64,000 nucleotides of DNA from positions 1 through 64,000 of the forward strand of contig RBZT01000853.1 of NCBI GenBank assembly GCA_003693705.1, in the 5' to 3' direction. The translations under genes were made by a program, and so were the position numbers. The stretch's first letter is position 1, and each line of letters opens with the position of its first letter. Shown piece by piece: positions 12,001 through 25,849 of the stretch. Under the pieces are notes generated by a model, which saw nothing but the letters and a program-made list of their open reading frames with translations, had not been told where the DNA came from and searched no databases. The DNA comes from Polymyxa betae A26-41. Taxonomy: Eukaryota > Protista > Endomyxa: Phytomyxea.

Positions 12001-14936
12001 TGCAATGTCGTTATAATCACAAAATATGATACCGTTGAGGTAGAAGCCACAGCAGCTCCAGCAGCTACATTGACAGTGAAAGGGCTTCCAGATATATGCG
12101 ATCCACCGATCTAATCAACGTTTATCTCATAGCGATATATAGAAATTCAGTAATCAAACCTGTACGGACAGCGAACAGGAAGATCCTTTAGTCGTGGGGG
12201 TGTACGACACAGAATAGATTCCTGCGCCAAGCCAAGACGACAATCCAGTTACCGACCTAAAATCGGCTTACGGTTGGTGTCTCAATGGGATGATCTCAGA
12301 GAATTTCTACCCGCAATTCAGCGTTGTTACGATAGTTGCAGAATCAGTTGCTATTAGGTTTGACTGCGAATCGCGAACAGAAACATTAAACGTCTGCTGA
12401 ACACCTAGAAGCAAAGACTAAGCGATGGCCATTCAAACATGGCGGTACATACCTGACACAGCATTTGAAAGTGATGGTCCTGTTGCAGTCGAAGTTGAAG
12501 CAACAGCAGGTCCAGGAGATACCGTCACCGTATATGGATTCCCACTAATATTAAAACCCCCTGATTGTACTACCATCGTATATCTATAAAATCAGTCACC
12601 TTACAAATGAAAAGGGATGTGAGCACTTACACTCCTACCAGGGTTGGAGTGTACAGAGCTGTGTACACACCGGACCCAATATGAGAAATTGAGTCTTGTG
12701 CCAAACTTGCAGGGCCTGTCAATGCCAATGTAAAAGTGACACTGCCACCACCTGTTGTAAGCTGGTTGCCGAATTCGTCACGAGCGGTGATTGAAAATGA
12801 GGACTGCACTCCTGCAACAGCAGTTGTGGATGGTGTAGCCGTACAGCTGAAGTCTGAGCTCAGAAGCTTATCCGTTTCAAAGTCACAGCAGGAACTTACT
12901 TTGCAATGCTGACAGAACCAACAGCAACAGTTACGGAAAATGAACCAGAAGAAGTCAAGATAGGTGTAGTCCCAATTTTAACAGCCACTGTCAGTGAGCC
13001 GCTAGACATGATTAAACAGAAAGCCAGCAACAAGCAGACATGAATTAAACCTGATTGTTGGCGTGTAATAAACTTGATAGAGCCCATTGCTTAGATATGT
13101 CACACCAGCTGACGGAGCATTCGTTCCCGATAATGTCACTTTGACGGGATCGGTTCCCCCTGTGACATTGTTGGAGTACATATCACGAGCCTGATACAGC
13201 TTCAGTTCAACAAATGACATGTCAAACGATCCCGACCTGGATCCAGAAAGTCGCTGATACACCAACGGAAGCCAACGTTAATCCTGGACCATATGCAATA
13301 GAATTACCTGTTAAGCGTCAATCTTAATTGTTGCTGAATTTGGAATTGTTACCAGGAGAAGTCGCGGCAGGAGCACAAGAGACAGAAAACGGACTTCCAA
13401 CAATGTGAAGACCGCCTAGCTTGACGGCAAGATAATAGGATCCAGTAGTATAGGTACTCCAAGAACCATTATATGTGGATCCAGATACATACGAAATGGA
13501 GGTATTTACAGACCCGGGACCGGTCCCAGTAATAGACCAGACAGCGTTCGATGATTGAGCAGTTAACGGGTTTCCAAATTGATCCTGTGAATGTTTAAGC
13601 ACAAACCCAAGGATAACGAATCACTTGTTACCTGGGCGGTAATCGAAAAATAATTCCCAGTTGATGCTGTACCGGCTGTGATTGGAGATAGAAGTCCTGT
13701 TCCAGACGCTGAAGTCTTCAAATTGCTTGGAGGATCTCCTTCTTTAAGCACGATTCCTTTGAAAGGCGAATTGGCAATCTGGAGTAATCCATTAACAGAA
13801 ATCTCTCATTCGTACTCAGCAATGTACTTGATCAATGTTATACAAAGCTGTTGCAGGAATCACGTCTTTAGCGACAGATGGTGCAGACCACATTAAGTCG
13901 ATATTAGCACTTCCGGTGACCTTGTGATAATATCTCAGAGACAACGGCAACGTGTAACAGCGCGACAAACCTCGCGGTAATCAATCTTGATATCGTGAAG
14001 GAAGTTTGCGGTTAAAGCAACGTTGGCCCATGATTCGTTGCAACAAGTATCCCACTTATCGATAACCAGACGTCTGTCAAGCCATAATCGAACGCCATCA
14101 TCTGCTGTGACATAAAGAGTGTATGTCTATAAGTGTAGATTTCCTTAACTTCTGGACACTGATCAACAAACAACATCAGACCTGTGAATACGAAGGTTTG
14201 AGTTTGCCCTCCCATCTGATGGAGACATAATCGACTCCATAAGTAGTCAGCGCTCCCAAGCCCCAATCGAATGAAATTGTCGGGTCAATTCGGTTTATCG
14301 CAGGTGAGTTTAAAAACCACATGTTGTCGTAATATTTGCCTCGTAAGCCACCGACATTAGCAAGTCCTTAGAATCTCTGTAAGGACACTGCCGAGTTTCC
14401 AAGTAAAAAGACTCTACCAATGCTTAAGTCGTAAGTTCCTGCTACTTCAGGATCATACACAGCCGTATATGTTCCATCAGAATTATCTTTTACTGTTCCG
14501 ACAACCCAGTTTGGTCCATTAGAGACCTAAATTTCATCAATACGTTGAAAACAAACATCGATATTTCATACAGAGATACGGCTTGATGACAGACAAGATT
14601 TCGAAGCTACGTTTGGAGAAGTGTAAGGTGAACAAGATGATTGGCAAGAGGCCGTGAAAGAATTGGCATCGCAAGATGCATTGGTCGTATATAGTTCGGC
14701 AACGAACAGGTCGCCTCCAACGCCCGTATTAACATTCACGCTGGTCTTGGCTGTAATCGTCACTTGTCGATTAGCCTGTGTCGAATTAACCCTTGATGGA
14801 TTCGTCTACATGGATCTCAGCAGGGCCTAAGCAGTTATATCTGTGAACCTACAGCAGCTGTGGCTGTCGAGCTAGGCCCATAAGTGGTAGCTTCTACAAC
14901 AGTACTTAAAACAAAAATGACGCAGATTATAATCAT
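9035..14936 (-). CDS. Large secreted protein with filamin/Ig repeats and three PA14 domains
   Basis: Signal peptide MIIICVIFVLSTVVEA; repeated ARDxxGN..G.G.Y.V.YTP..G..I.GSPF filamin motifs. PA14 motifs GLRGKYYDN..IDPTISFDWG (~14300), GGLDTTYY..INHDWG..FSVRWTG (~11450-11700) and GLLGEYFHN..VDFQWG (~9500-9600). Many short introns. Confidence 0.85.
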
Positions 14937-15629
14937 CAGCAGATGGAGTTTTAAAATTGAGATCCGAGGTGATGTAAGCTGCAGACAAGAAGCAGCCCGA
15001 GTTTGGTCATACTGCAGCCTCCTTTATGGGAGTTGTAATAACGATGTAACCAAATGTTTACTATAGATAGTGGTTTTATAGGTGTCGCAGCCTCGCTACA
15101 CATGAACATTACTTTTTGAGGTTTCCTATCGAGGATTCATATCATGTTAATTCGATAAGCAGGTTTGCTGAGATATTGGATCCAATTCAATGTCACCTGC
15201 ACAGTGGTGATCTTCACTTAGATATCCAATAATCTGCCTTTAACCGCTTTTAAGCGGAATAAGTCTATACAGACAAATCGTTGCAGTTAATATTGACACA
15301 GGCCAACTTGGGAAATTGACTGAGTTCTTTATTTTGATATATCTCGAAACTGCATAAATGGAAATTAGCACATTATTGACACGTTTCAACTTCATCGTTG
15401 TCTCCTAAAACTGCATGAAAATTATTACGTAAAGTTGGAAATTATCTTAAATTACCGAATCCACTTCACAAATTGACATACACAGCTTCCAACCAAAACT
15501 GTGCAGAGAGTCATTCCTAAATGCAAAAATGTGAGGCAGGTTATGGCGGACCCTCTTGCCATAAGTTCGGGAACGATTCTGAAGAGAGAATAAATAAGAT
15601 TCTAAGAACAACAAGAACTCATAGTAGTG

Positions 15630-17300
15630 TTACGTGCTGGCGAGAGTCATCACCGCGCTACGGCCCAGAGCTGGCATCAATAAAACAGCAAGAGCACCGG
15701 CCCAATATGATTGAAAGTAGAGAGCATAGAATAATACCACTGGAAATACCTGAAAACGACTCTCAGAGCGGCAAAACAGAATCAGATTTCGGAACGAACA
15801 GCGAAATCGGTCATACTGTTCGTGAGCCGATTTAAGAAATCGACCCGCTGAACGATAAAATCTAGGGCCAGAATTCCGGCTTGACATATAAGAAGGATAA
15901 TGTGCACGATCAAGGCAAACAAGGTCGGGATAAGCATCGATAACACTATCAATGTAAAGATCCAAGAATGCCTTAGAAAATGTTAAAACGAAACAAATGG
16001 GAATGGGAACAGATTACCAAGCAAAATAGAGTAGAACCAGCCTCAAAGCTATTGATACCAGTGAATGAAAAACATGTAAAGGGCGGATGTCTTCTGCAGG
16101 GACATAATCCTAAAGAAAAATTCAAAATCGATTTGGAGATGGAAGATCTGTGCGACCTTCAGAATTAGCAATAAATAGGGCACGAATGACACCCATCTAA
16201 TCAGAGATGCGTGTGGGCTCCAGTAGCTTAACGAATATAGCATCATGTTCGTCATCAAAGAGAGAATACGTTCAGGGCTGTTGGAGAACATTGGTTCGTA
16301 AAGATCAACCGGAATAAGCCATAGCTAAATGAAGCAATCAATTCCAGCTCTATTCATGCACGACTTCGAGAAAACCTTCCGTCCTGTGAAAACACCCAGA
16401 GCGATGCTAAACGATATGATGGAGAATGCTTTGAATAAATAACCGGAATATGGGCTTAATAATGACCAGGAAAAGAGAAATAAGACTAGAAGGGCGCTGG
16501 AATGATATCTGATAAATTAAGTTGTAAAACGCGATAACTTCAATCTGCAAGCGCTCAATTCACCTATAATAAGCTTCCACCAAGTGCCTATAGTTTTGAT
16601 TTAAGTGAGGACAACAGTTAGACCTTACAACTTACTTATCTAGTACCTGAAGAAACGCTAACGATGGAGATGGGAAATCAGCCGGTAACGGGATTTCTGA
16701 AGTCTAAGCAGGGAAATTCAGTTCAGTATATCGATGTACCATATTGCCTACAGATGGATGCAGTCCAGCTACGAAGAGCATTCTGATATTAGTTGCATAG
16801 TTGGGGTCGTTAAGAAGCACTTCGATTTTCGCACGAGTTTCTTCAGGTACTATACGACACCTATTGAAATTTGGCTATACAACAACGGAATAATTACCAT
16901 TGGTCATTCGAAATAATGTCATCAGAATTTCATCTGCAGTCACGTCCAGGATATGAAACTTCTCGAAACGGCTCAGCATCGGCCATAGCCAACGGATCTG
17001 AGCACAAACTGCTCAGAAAAACGGTCGGAACGTCGAGCAAGAATCATACCTCCTTTTCACCGCCACCGATAACGAAACATGTCTGTTGATCGTTTTCACA
17101 TTCACGGACGGACGCTTCTAAACGACAAGTTTAGGCAGATTACCGTATATCGCATTCGGCGCTTAATATACGGCTTGGTTTATCAGACGACGCCGCAGAG
17201 CTTGTCGTTGAGTGCTTATTTCGCCTTGGGGGAGGTCGACGGGGCGGCATCGAGCCTAATAGTGAAATCGATCTGGCCTGGGACCGGTTTTAATTTCCCG
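15630..17300 (-). CDS. Hypothetical multi-exon membrane protein
   Basis: Exon-like segments (IRWLWPMLSRFEKF, VPEETRAKIEVLL, ALLVLFLFSWSLLSPYSGLLF, VFPVVLFYALYF) separated by short introns; both ends uncertain. Confidence 0.45.
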
Positions 17301-17825
17301 GGGCTTTATTATTACTCCGGGAATGAACGTTAGGCGTTAGCTGCAATATGGAGATAGGCTGACAGCTTCAAACTGCCGACACCAAATGTCACCCAAGCTG
17401 AGGCTACAGTCTGATAATATGGTGTATCAGTATAATCTCTGCTTTCAGTATTGGAGACAGGAAGAGTGGGATTTTACACTGGCCGCAATAGTGTCAAGAG
17501 CTGATAGGCGTCGAAGTTCAACAGCCTCTATAATCATGACGAAGAGTAGTGAACATTTCAAGTTTGCATAAATCACCCACGATTGGCGAGTAGAAACGAT
17601 TCTCCAATCGAATCGTTTCCTTGGCTATAGGTTTGGAATAGTAGTGCGTTGTGAAAGGAACCCTGCTATATTGCCACGATTGGTTATAGCTTGGTTAAAC
17701 CGATCCGAGATATCCATACAAACATACGAAATCCACAAAGGAATCTTATTCGTTGAAACGTTTCTTCCGACGTCCGAGGAGGACTAAGAGGAGAGTCTGA
17801 TAATGCGTTCACCCTCATTTAACTT

Positions 17826-18379
17826 ATGATAGCAATGTCTTTCGCCAGTCATCTCAATTTAAGCCGGCGCCTGTTCTCTGGGATGGCGTCAGAAGCGGCA
17901 CAGGCTGCCAGTTCGGCAGCACGCGAAGTTGGCGAAAAGGCTGCCAGAGTCGGGAGTGCTTCTGGCGAGCGGGCCGCGAAGATTGGCGGTTCGTGGCGCG
18001 AGCGGGTCGGTTATTTCATGGCTGGCGTTGCTGTCACTGCAATTTTTGGCTACGTTCGTATTCAGGTATGTTTTTCTGAGAAGATAATAGCCACGTCTTG
18101 CTTCGAGCAAACTTTCCGCATTGTGCTGTTGCCATTAAGAATTTTCACTTTGCTTGGTTGGTTTCAACCATTATAAACCTGGCTTGTTTTTTAATTCTTT
18201 GTTAAAAGAGATTAGATTCCACTGATTGCCTTTTTCTGAGTTATGATGGCATTCGGATTACGTTGAACTTAATCAAACACTAGGATGACGTATGGGGCTC
18301 AGCGTCGCGAATTGAAGATTCTATATCCTCGCTGAAGTCCCGGGTAAAATTATTGGAAAAGATCGCCTCCACCAAATAA
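17826..18379 (+). CDS. Small single-TM, probably mitochondrial protein with C-terminal coiled coil
   Basis: Presequence-like MSFASHLNLSRRLFS; TM VGYFMAGVAVTAIFGY; intron ~18066-18283; last exon DDVWGSASRIEDSISSLKSRVKLLEKIASTK*. Confidence 0.7.
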
Positions 18380-18939
18380 CAATCGCATGCTTATTGTCAA
18401 TATAGTAATTTTAAAGTGCAGCTTCATTTGATTCTGCTATCTCTGCTTTAGGACTATCATCAGTGAGTTTTCCCGGGCTCAAGCAGATGACTGCACCACG
18501 TCCACGTTTGCTTGTGTGAATGCAGCTCACGTGCCGTAATGGTGAGAGACCCTTGCATCGCTATGTCTCAGGGTCTGACGAACCGATCCGATTCTACAAC
18601 TTTTTTCGAAAAACAACAACCCGCTTGCGATTTTATTGATGCATAGACAAGTTACGCACAGCAAACTGAGGTCAGTTCGTCTCATATGCAATCCAAAGTC
18701 GGCGAACTGCCACAGCCGTAGGCATCCCTTCACGTATGAATACCATGAATTTAGGCATGGACGTTGACTCAATCTATTTGCAGTTGGATGCTGACTTTCC
18801 TGCCAACATCTAAACATTTTATCTACCAACTGTCCATGTTCTGTATTATCTAGGCCTAATCAACTCAGCGGATGCAATGTATGGTTTGGAAGTTCCATCT
18901 ATTTATCGCCAGAAAAAGCGTCGGTCGAGTGGTCATTTC

Positions 18940-19161
18940 TTAGAGCTTGATGAGTGGATGACAGTTCACATGAGCTTTGTTAGCGCTGAGCTCTTTATGA
19001 AGTGACTGAGCGGCTGCTTCCTCATCGAATATCAACGTGATATGTTTGCCATCGCCTTTGTCGTATTTCGTTGGGGTGTGGCCCTTGTTGCCACGAATTG
19101 CTTGTCGCAGTTGTTCGGCCCCAGTGTCGTCCAGAACGTCAACCTTCAACTGAAATGGCAT
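18940..19161 (-). CDS. 73-aa orphan protein, predicted ferredoxin-like (beta-alpha-beta-beta-alpha-beta) fold
   Basis: Clean ORF with globular composition; probable 5'UTR intron (GTTTGG..CCAG) ends just before the ATG. Confidence 0.6.
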   Translation of the reverse strand: MPFQLKVDVLDDTGAEQLRQAIRGNKGHTPTKYDKGDGKHITLIFDEEAAAQSLHKELSANKAHVNCHPLIKL

Positions 19162-20160
19162 CCTGGATCACGATCAAATCAAATGTTGAATGAAATCATA
19201 ACGTGGGCTGGCTCCCACCAAACCTTCTAGATATTTTGGAACGATCGCAATTTGGATCAGATTGATGAGCTGTACCTAGTCGAAACTGATTGATTATCAG
19301 AGATATTCTCCGATCTCGATTCTCGCACGAATAAGATAAATAACGAAATTAAAGTTCACCCTGACTCTAAAGCATTCGAACCAGAGCACCCGTTGCCATC
19401 TGTTCGGACCGATATGCTAAACATCGAACACGAGAGACACATTATTTTTTACGCTTCTTGTGTGTAGGCAGCGGGTCTGACCCTGGATGCAATTCGGATA
19501 ATCTATAAACGCATGGTGCCTGTTCTTTCCCTTTATATGAAGCTTGTTCCGTTTCAAAATGCTACTTGCTGGAAAGTTTGAGTTTGAGAAGTTTGAAAAG
19601 ATGATCGTTGTGATCTGCAGACTGAAGCAATATTTTTTTGTTTGAAAATGGTTCCATCTATATAATTGCTTGCAAATTACAGTACTAAAATGCTGCTGAG
19701 ACCTAATCGCATCCTAGTGTGTAAAAAATAGAAACTTGACACGCGATCATTTCCATCTTAAAATAGAGTATGGCCTGGACGTTTTTCTTAAGCTTGCGAA
19801 AATGTCAGTACCAAATGGGTATTTCCAAGAGCATCGCGCCGTTCATCTTGAACAACAGGCATTCTTCACAATTAAGCATACTACCCAACGACGAATCACT
19901 CTTGTGATGATCCTAATCTTCGCAATCTCTCTACTGGTTCTCTATCACGGTCAATCTAAAAGGCTGCAATCCTGTTTTTAGAGCGACGGCCACCAATCCA
20001 GCGACTTTTGAACAAATAAGCTCTCAAACAAGCGTTGAACTTTCTATATATATCAAGGCAATATCAAGTACACATTATACTGAGTTGTGAAAGCAATAGT
20101 TCGCTGTATATTGACTGAGGATAGCTAACAAATCCAAAACCCATGTTTTATGCAGCAAGC

Positions 20161-21719
20161 TTAATACTTGTAATTTGCTTGATATAAGCTTGCGCTGGCG
20201 GAAGCAGAGTCCTGCCCACCAAATTTGCCAGTAGATGCCTCACTGTTGGATTGAGCTCTGAACAGCAGCGCTTTCTGCGCAGCAACAACGTTTTCTTTTT
20301 TGCCAGCCCAAGTCTTCAGAACAGTTGCTTGTAAGGCACGGCCGTAAGAGAACGTCAACGCCCCTACGACAATGTGATTAAGTCAAAAGGAAACTACACC
20401 TAACGTAAAATACGCACATGGCCTGACTAGGTCAACTTTGTTCATTTCATTCAAATGCTGAGTTGCTTCAGCTTCAGACTGGCCCCCGGACAAGAAAGTA
20501 ATGCCCGGGACAGCAGCTGGAACGGTACGTCGCAAAACCAACACGGTAGCCTGAAGAAGGCAGCGTACATGTCAACTAGAGAATTACCATGGCAACAGAA
20601 CGACTAACCATTGCAATTTGTTCAGGGGTATACTTGATCTTACATTGCTCTCCAGGGCAAACCATGCTAAACAGTATGGGATCAATGTGGAGGGAATTTT
20701 TCCAGATTGTAGTACTTAGGCTTCAGCAGCGTCCCTTCCAAGAAAACGTTGTGTTCAGCAAGAGCAGCATATACTACAGAAAGAACAGTAGATGTTACAT
20801 TCATGGCAGTGATCTAGAAGATTACATAAATCGTCAAATCGCATCGTGATTACATGCAAAACCAACCAGGTCATGATCTCCATCCATTAGAATTTCCGGT
20901 TCAACGATTGGAACCAATCCGTTTGCCTGGAAGCATTTACTTTCAACTAAACCAAAGCTGGGTATGCAGGCATACCTGACAAATGCTGGCATAACGAGCC
21001 AAAACATTGGCATTTTCCAGAATAGCAAGCTTGGAAGGGCAACCCTTGCCAATCTTTAAAACACATCGCCTTTACAAGTGTCAACCGACTTGACAGCAAT
21101 TATCGAATATGATACCATTTGGCGAAACGCGCACCAGCATTGTAATACTTTTGGCAGCGTTGAGCCAAGTCATCGAGACCTTGAGTAGTAGTTTCGCTAT
21201 CGGTCCCCAGAAGCTCAACGGTGCCCTTTTAAGAAGTCACGTACAGCCAGGTTTCCAGATCGTCAGCAATACCTTATCAACTTTGATACCGACAACAATG
21301 CCAAGCTGCTTCAACACTTCAGAGAATGGCTTGCCATCGGCCGTTTTCTGAAACAGCGTCTCTTCATACAAGATTGCACCGCCAAGAAACTTTCCTATTT
21401 CTAAAAAAAACTAAGATGAAGCGGTAAACAGGAGCAATGCTGGGAACGACCTGCACCGGCAGTAAACAGAAGCTCGCGATAAGCGCGGCGATTCTCTTCA
21501 GTATTTTCGACCTTGATGCCATCGAACCGCTTCCCTATAATTAACTTGAGTGGAGTAGGAAAAGCAATACATACAGTAAGGCAAACCAATTGTGCCGGTA
21601 GATTCATCAGCAGCCAAAATCCCTTTGCCTGGTGACACAATCGCTTTGGCCGTAGCCATGAGCTCTTCTCCAAACTTGAGGTAGGCAGGATATTTGGGAA
21701 CATGAGCAGTGGTAGACAT
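20161..21719 (-). CDS. FBA: Class I fructose-bisphosphate aldolase
   Basis: [43 protein letters not shown]-terminal YKY; multiple short introns. Confidence 0.97.
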
Positions 21720-21966
21720 TGTATAGGTTGATACTCGATAGAAAGAGAGCTAGCCGGGATTAACCTTTAGGAGAGTGACCGAACCGGAGGGAGGAATTTG
21801 TGAGATTTAAGTGGGCCTAAGTTGCGCTACCCTTCTAGAAGCCCTAACTACAACAACCCATGAACATGAACCATGAACATGACACACTTGGTGCAACAGT
21901 CCAACATGACCGTCATCCACTTCATATTGAATTGTTCCGCTTTCACAATTAAGCATTTGGAATTTA

Positions 21967-24104
21967 TTATCTGTCATTATCGGTTAGAATCACGGGTTTC
22001 TTGCTTTCAGAGCATGGGCACAATCGAATCGCGCCAGGTTGCCTGGCGGAGCAATCGGAATTTTGCGAATTGGCAAAACACGTTCCTTCTGATACACCAG
22101 AGGAAAGTGCACCAACGTCAGAACTGATTGGCCAACGATGATATCGCGGATTCGTAGGGCTGCTGTCGACTGTCCTTGAAAGATATCAGCTGGTCAGCAG
22201 TTTATTAACTGCATTGATTCTTACCATGCATTGCGTTCGCAGGGAAACACCAGCTCCATGAAATAAGCTACATATATTAATGAAAGCGATTTATAAATGC
22301 TTCAAGCGATCCTACCATCGGCAACGCTCTCGAACCTATCCGAGGCGCATTCCATATGCTTAGCTCTACAAGCGTCATCACATGAAGCGTTTTCTTCACT
22401 AACGGTAGGAACGATTCCAGAAAGCGGAGTAGCCCTTAGGCTTGGAGGTAGAAAAACGCACGTGCGTGCATTAGCAATTAACAATTTGGCGGTATTAGGC
22501 AGTGTCAGTTCAAGAATTCCTAGGAACATCAGCAACGTAGCATACCATGCAGACCACCGCTATTACCTCTGTAAAATGAACGCTGTTCTGAAAAATCGTA
22601 TAAGAAGATCACTTCCTGAAGAGACTGATATTCTTTTTTGTTCTGAAAAACAGTCTATCGACAGACTAAGTTAAATGCAGAAGCGCACCCGATTGGGAAT
22701 GTTACAAGAAATGTCCTGTCTTCATCGCCTTGATTTATTGGTAGTGTTCCATTTACCAACTTTCTTATTGTTTCTGTATCGTATGGGCTCAAAACTTTGG
22801 CCCGAAGGACGATTTCAGACAGGCGTTGATCATACGCTGGACGCAACAGGGACTGAAGTGATGTGTATTCAACTGGATCTTTGCTCTGCAGACGCTTCAG
22901 TTGGACATTGCTATACACTCAGCAGGTTATTTACCTCATAAAATGAATCGGATGGTAGCATTGATACGCTTAAATTGACATTATAATCAGATTCGCCCAA
23001 TTTGTGTTTGTTGCAGTTAACGCCAATGCGGCCAATGTGTCGTATTCGATTTACTTCCGGTGCAATGCAGATACGGCCACGACTGACTGCACTGGATCTG
23101 TTTGACATGAATGCTTTTCATATATACAAGCAGGCAATGCCTTACCTTAGCCACCAATCGAAGTGATCAGTTGGCCACATCAGAGACAGTTCCTGCCAGA
23201 ATGATTTCTTCAGCATCCAGCCACTAAAAATGAACAACTCTTCAGATAACCGCACTGTTTTTAAAACTGAACTTACAGTCCTGGAAAGAAGCTTGTTCGA
23301 AACAGCCGAGTTGGATCAACGGCTACATCCTTTCTGCCTACATCATTGTGGGCAGAAATGCACATGGCTCTGATATGTACAAAAATGATTAAAAGTGAAC
23401 TCAAGTAAATCAGTGATAATACCTTCCATCCATGTCTAATATGTCAGATGTATGCCGAAAATACGAAAGGAAGTCATTTGTGACCAGTAGGTCGTCTTCA
23501 AGTATAATGACATGACTGAATCCTTCTTCGAAGAAGAGCCTATCGAGGGTCCATTTATAATGTTTTGCTAAATTCACGGTAGAGGACTACAAGAATAGAT
23601 CAGTTTTGTTTTCAAGAGTTGTGAGCTCGTAGACCGTTTGATCATAGTTGGATCGTGGTCTTTGCCAGTGCGTGATTTCATTCCGGTATCGGCTGGCAAC
23701 TTCTTCAACGCCTTTGTCGTAACCATCTTGGGAAAGGTAAAGGCTTACAGTTGACAATTGGGCCTTTGGTAGGCTGAGCAGCTGTTTTAACACAGGCTCC
23801 AAATACCAGGGCCTATTACAAGCGATAATAACCACAGCCCAAGGGTTCCGAGTTCGGCTAAAAAAAATCCCAGTAGAATTGGAGATCATGGAGATTGAGA
23901 GCAACTTCAGCCAAAGTTAATTTTGATTCTTCAGAAAGCGATTTTTACCTGAGCGCATAATACCACAACAATCAACACAATCACCAATAGGATCAATAAT
24001 CTGCTTGACCGCAGTCGATCGCCATTATCTGGGCTGAATGTGGCTAATGATCCAAGCAATGCTGCCGATGATTGTCTGCTGATTTCTTTGCCTCGGCGGA
24101 ACAT
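21967..24104 (-). CDS. GT13 GnT-I/MGAT1-like N-acetylglucosaminyltransferase with Cys-rich C-terminal domain
   Basis: Type II TM (LLILLVIVLIVVVL); IIACNRP, SQDG, HYKWTLD, VIILEDDL, CISAHND, RTSFFPG, HFDWWLR, PEVNRIRHIG. Confidence 0.9.
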
Positions 24105-24652
24105 TAATCACTATTTTACATACAAAGGTGTCTGGCCTATTAGTGCACAACGTTGCTATTACTGTAGACTAACGTTACAGTTGGGCTGCAACATTCAATA
24201 TTCTTTATGGCGGATAGAACTTTAATGAGGATGGAACATTTCGGTCACTTCAAGTTCGGTCGCATCATTTTGCCAACATCTCCCGAAAGCTCGTCTGGAT
24301 TAATTCGGAGGTGATGTATCAATCGGTAAGCGGTGGCGATTCCGACGGCGTGCCCAGTTGGAGCTGGTCGTGTTCACAGAACGCATCCAGGGCTTCGATT
24401 GAAAATTCATTCTCGATCACGTAAATCAGTATCAGGACAGCAGAATACGCTTAATCATGGATCAGAACGATTCACATCCCATCTCAGAAAATGAATGCCG
24501 ATAAGCTAAATGAATGATCTCGAACGATTATTTGAATGCTGTTCTTATGCAAAGCATGACTTCAACTATAGCAGGATGTGTGACCAGCAGTATTCTCTTT
24601 CAGAAACCAGATTGAGCTCGGCAAACCTCAGAACGCGATAGTCTCATTTGCA

Positions 24653-25561
24653 ATGTCCTGGAAATCATTTCTGCAAATCGACAGAATCGAACCATTGCGT
24701 TTGTTAGAGTCCCCATTTATTTCAATCACTGCACTCGGGGTGCTACGTCTGTTTCTCCTGCTCATTGATATCTATGTGATTTCATTGACTGGAATACTTC
24801 AAGGCGGTGTGACATATTTCGTTTACGCCACAAACTGGTCTGCTATCTTGAATTTATGGTGAATGCTTCGTGGCGATTTGGAATCAAGCATTAACATCTT
24901 ATAGGTATCTGTACCTAGCTACAATCTTGACCTGGCGAAACATTCTCGGGTATGATTCTGAAAAAGACTCCAAATTCATTAACTTGGCTTATATATCGCA
25001 AGAGGTTGCATTACCTGCCTCTCTCATGGTCGTGGTAGGTAATCAAATCAATTACGATACTTGTTTTATCCTCATTCATATCGTCTTTCATGTGTTTCTT
25101 GTTCACTGAGCATTGTGACACATTCCGTGAATGAACTGCTCTTTTAGGCATTGTACTGGACCGCTATCAATCCCAGAGCGGAATTCCCCGATGCAATTAA
25201 TGAGGTGTCCTCGATCCAGAACCACGCAGGCTCGTGTGCTTTAGTTCTGATCGACTTCACTTTCAGTGAAATGCGGTTCATTCCTGTTCATATTGTTTTG
25301 GACATGATCTTCATGTTGGCGTATCTTCCAGTAAATGCTGCCTATTCGCTTACTGTCCAGCCAGTGTATTCAGTCATGACATGGCGCGCTTGGGGAACTG
25401 CAGTTTTCATCGCTGCCGCTTGCATTGCAATTGCCGTATTTTACGTGATGCTTTGGGGATTTTCAAAGCTTAAGACGAAGACCTTAAGGAGTGGTGCAAT
25501 CGCTAATAATTTGCATATGGTCGCCGTTCAATACGAAATGCAAGCCGCCCGACCCGAATAA
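24653..25561 (+). CDS. Rolling stone / FAR-17a-AIG1-like multi-pass membrane protein
   Basis: YFVYATNW, YWT, QNHAG..LID, AYL, PVYSVMTW motif series; 2 introns. Confidence 0.8.
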
Positions 25562-25849
25562 TATTATCCAGATCTAATTATTGAAAATTTCAAGCTAGCA
25601 ATCTAACCCAATTCTATCTAGTTTAATACAGCTAACAAGTACTCAAAACGAACCTGAAGGCAGCTGCAGAGTAAAAAATTACACTGCAATTGGAAACTCG
25701 ATTCATGTTTTTACAAATCTGAATACAATTCCAAGAGCAACGTGTTGATTGCAATCATTTGAGCAAATACAGCGGAAAACTAATCTGCGTGCGGACTCCG
25801 TGATCGATTTCGAATCGTTGCTTATTTCTAATTTGAGTTGAACATTTCG

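Noticed and set aside
18545-18606. Hairpin AGACCCT..AGGGTCT followed by a T-run, as a possible ncRNA
   Set aside because: Only a 7-bp stem, with no tRNA, snRNA or snoRNA motifs.
19465-19522. Nested short stems (GGCA..TGCC, GGGTC-T-GACCC) as a possible riboswitch
   Set aside because: TPP core motifs are absent and the stems are too short to be significant.
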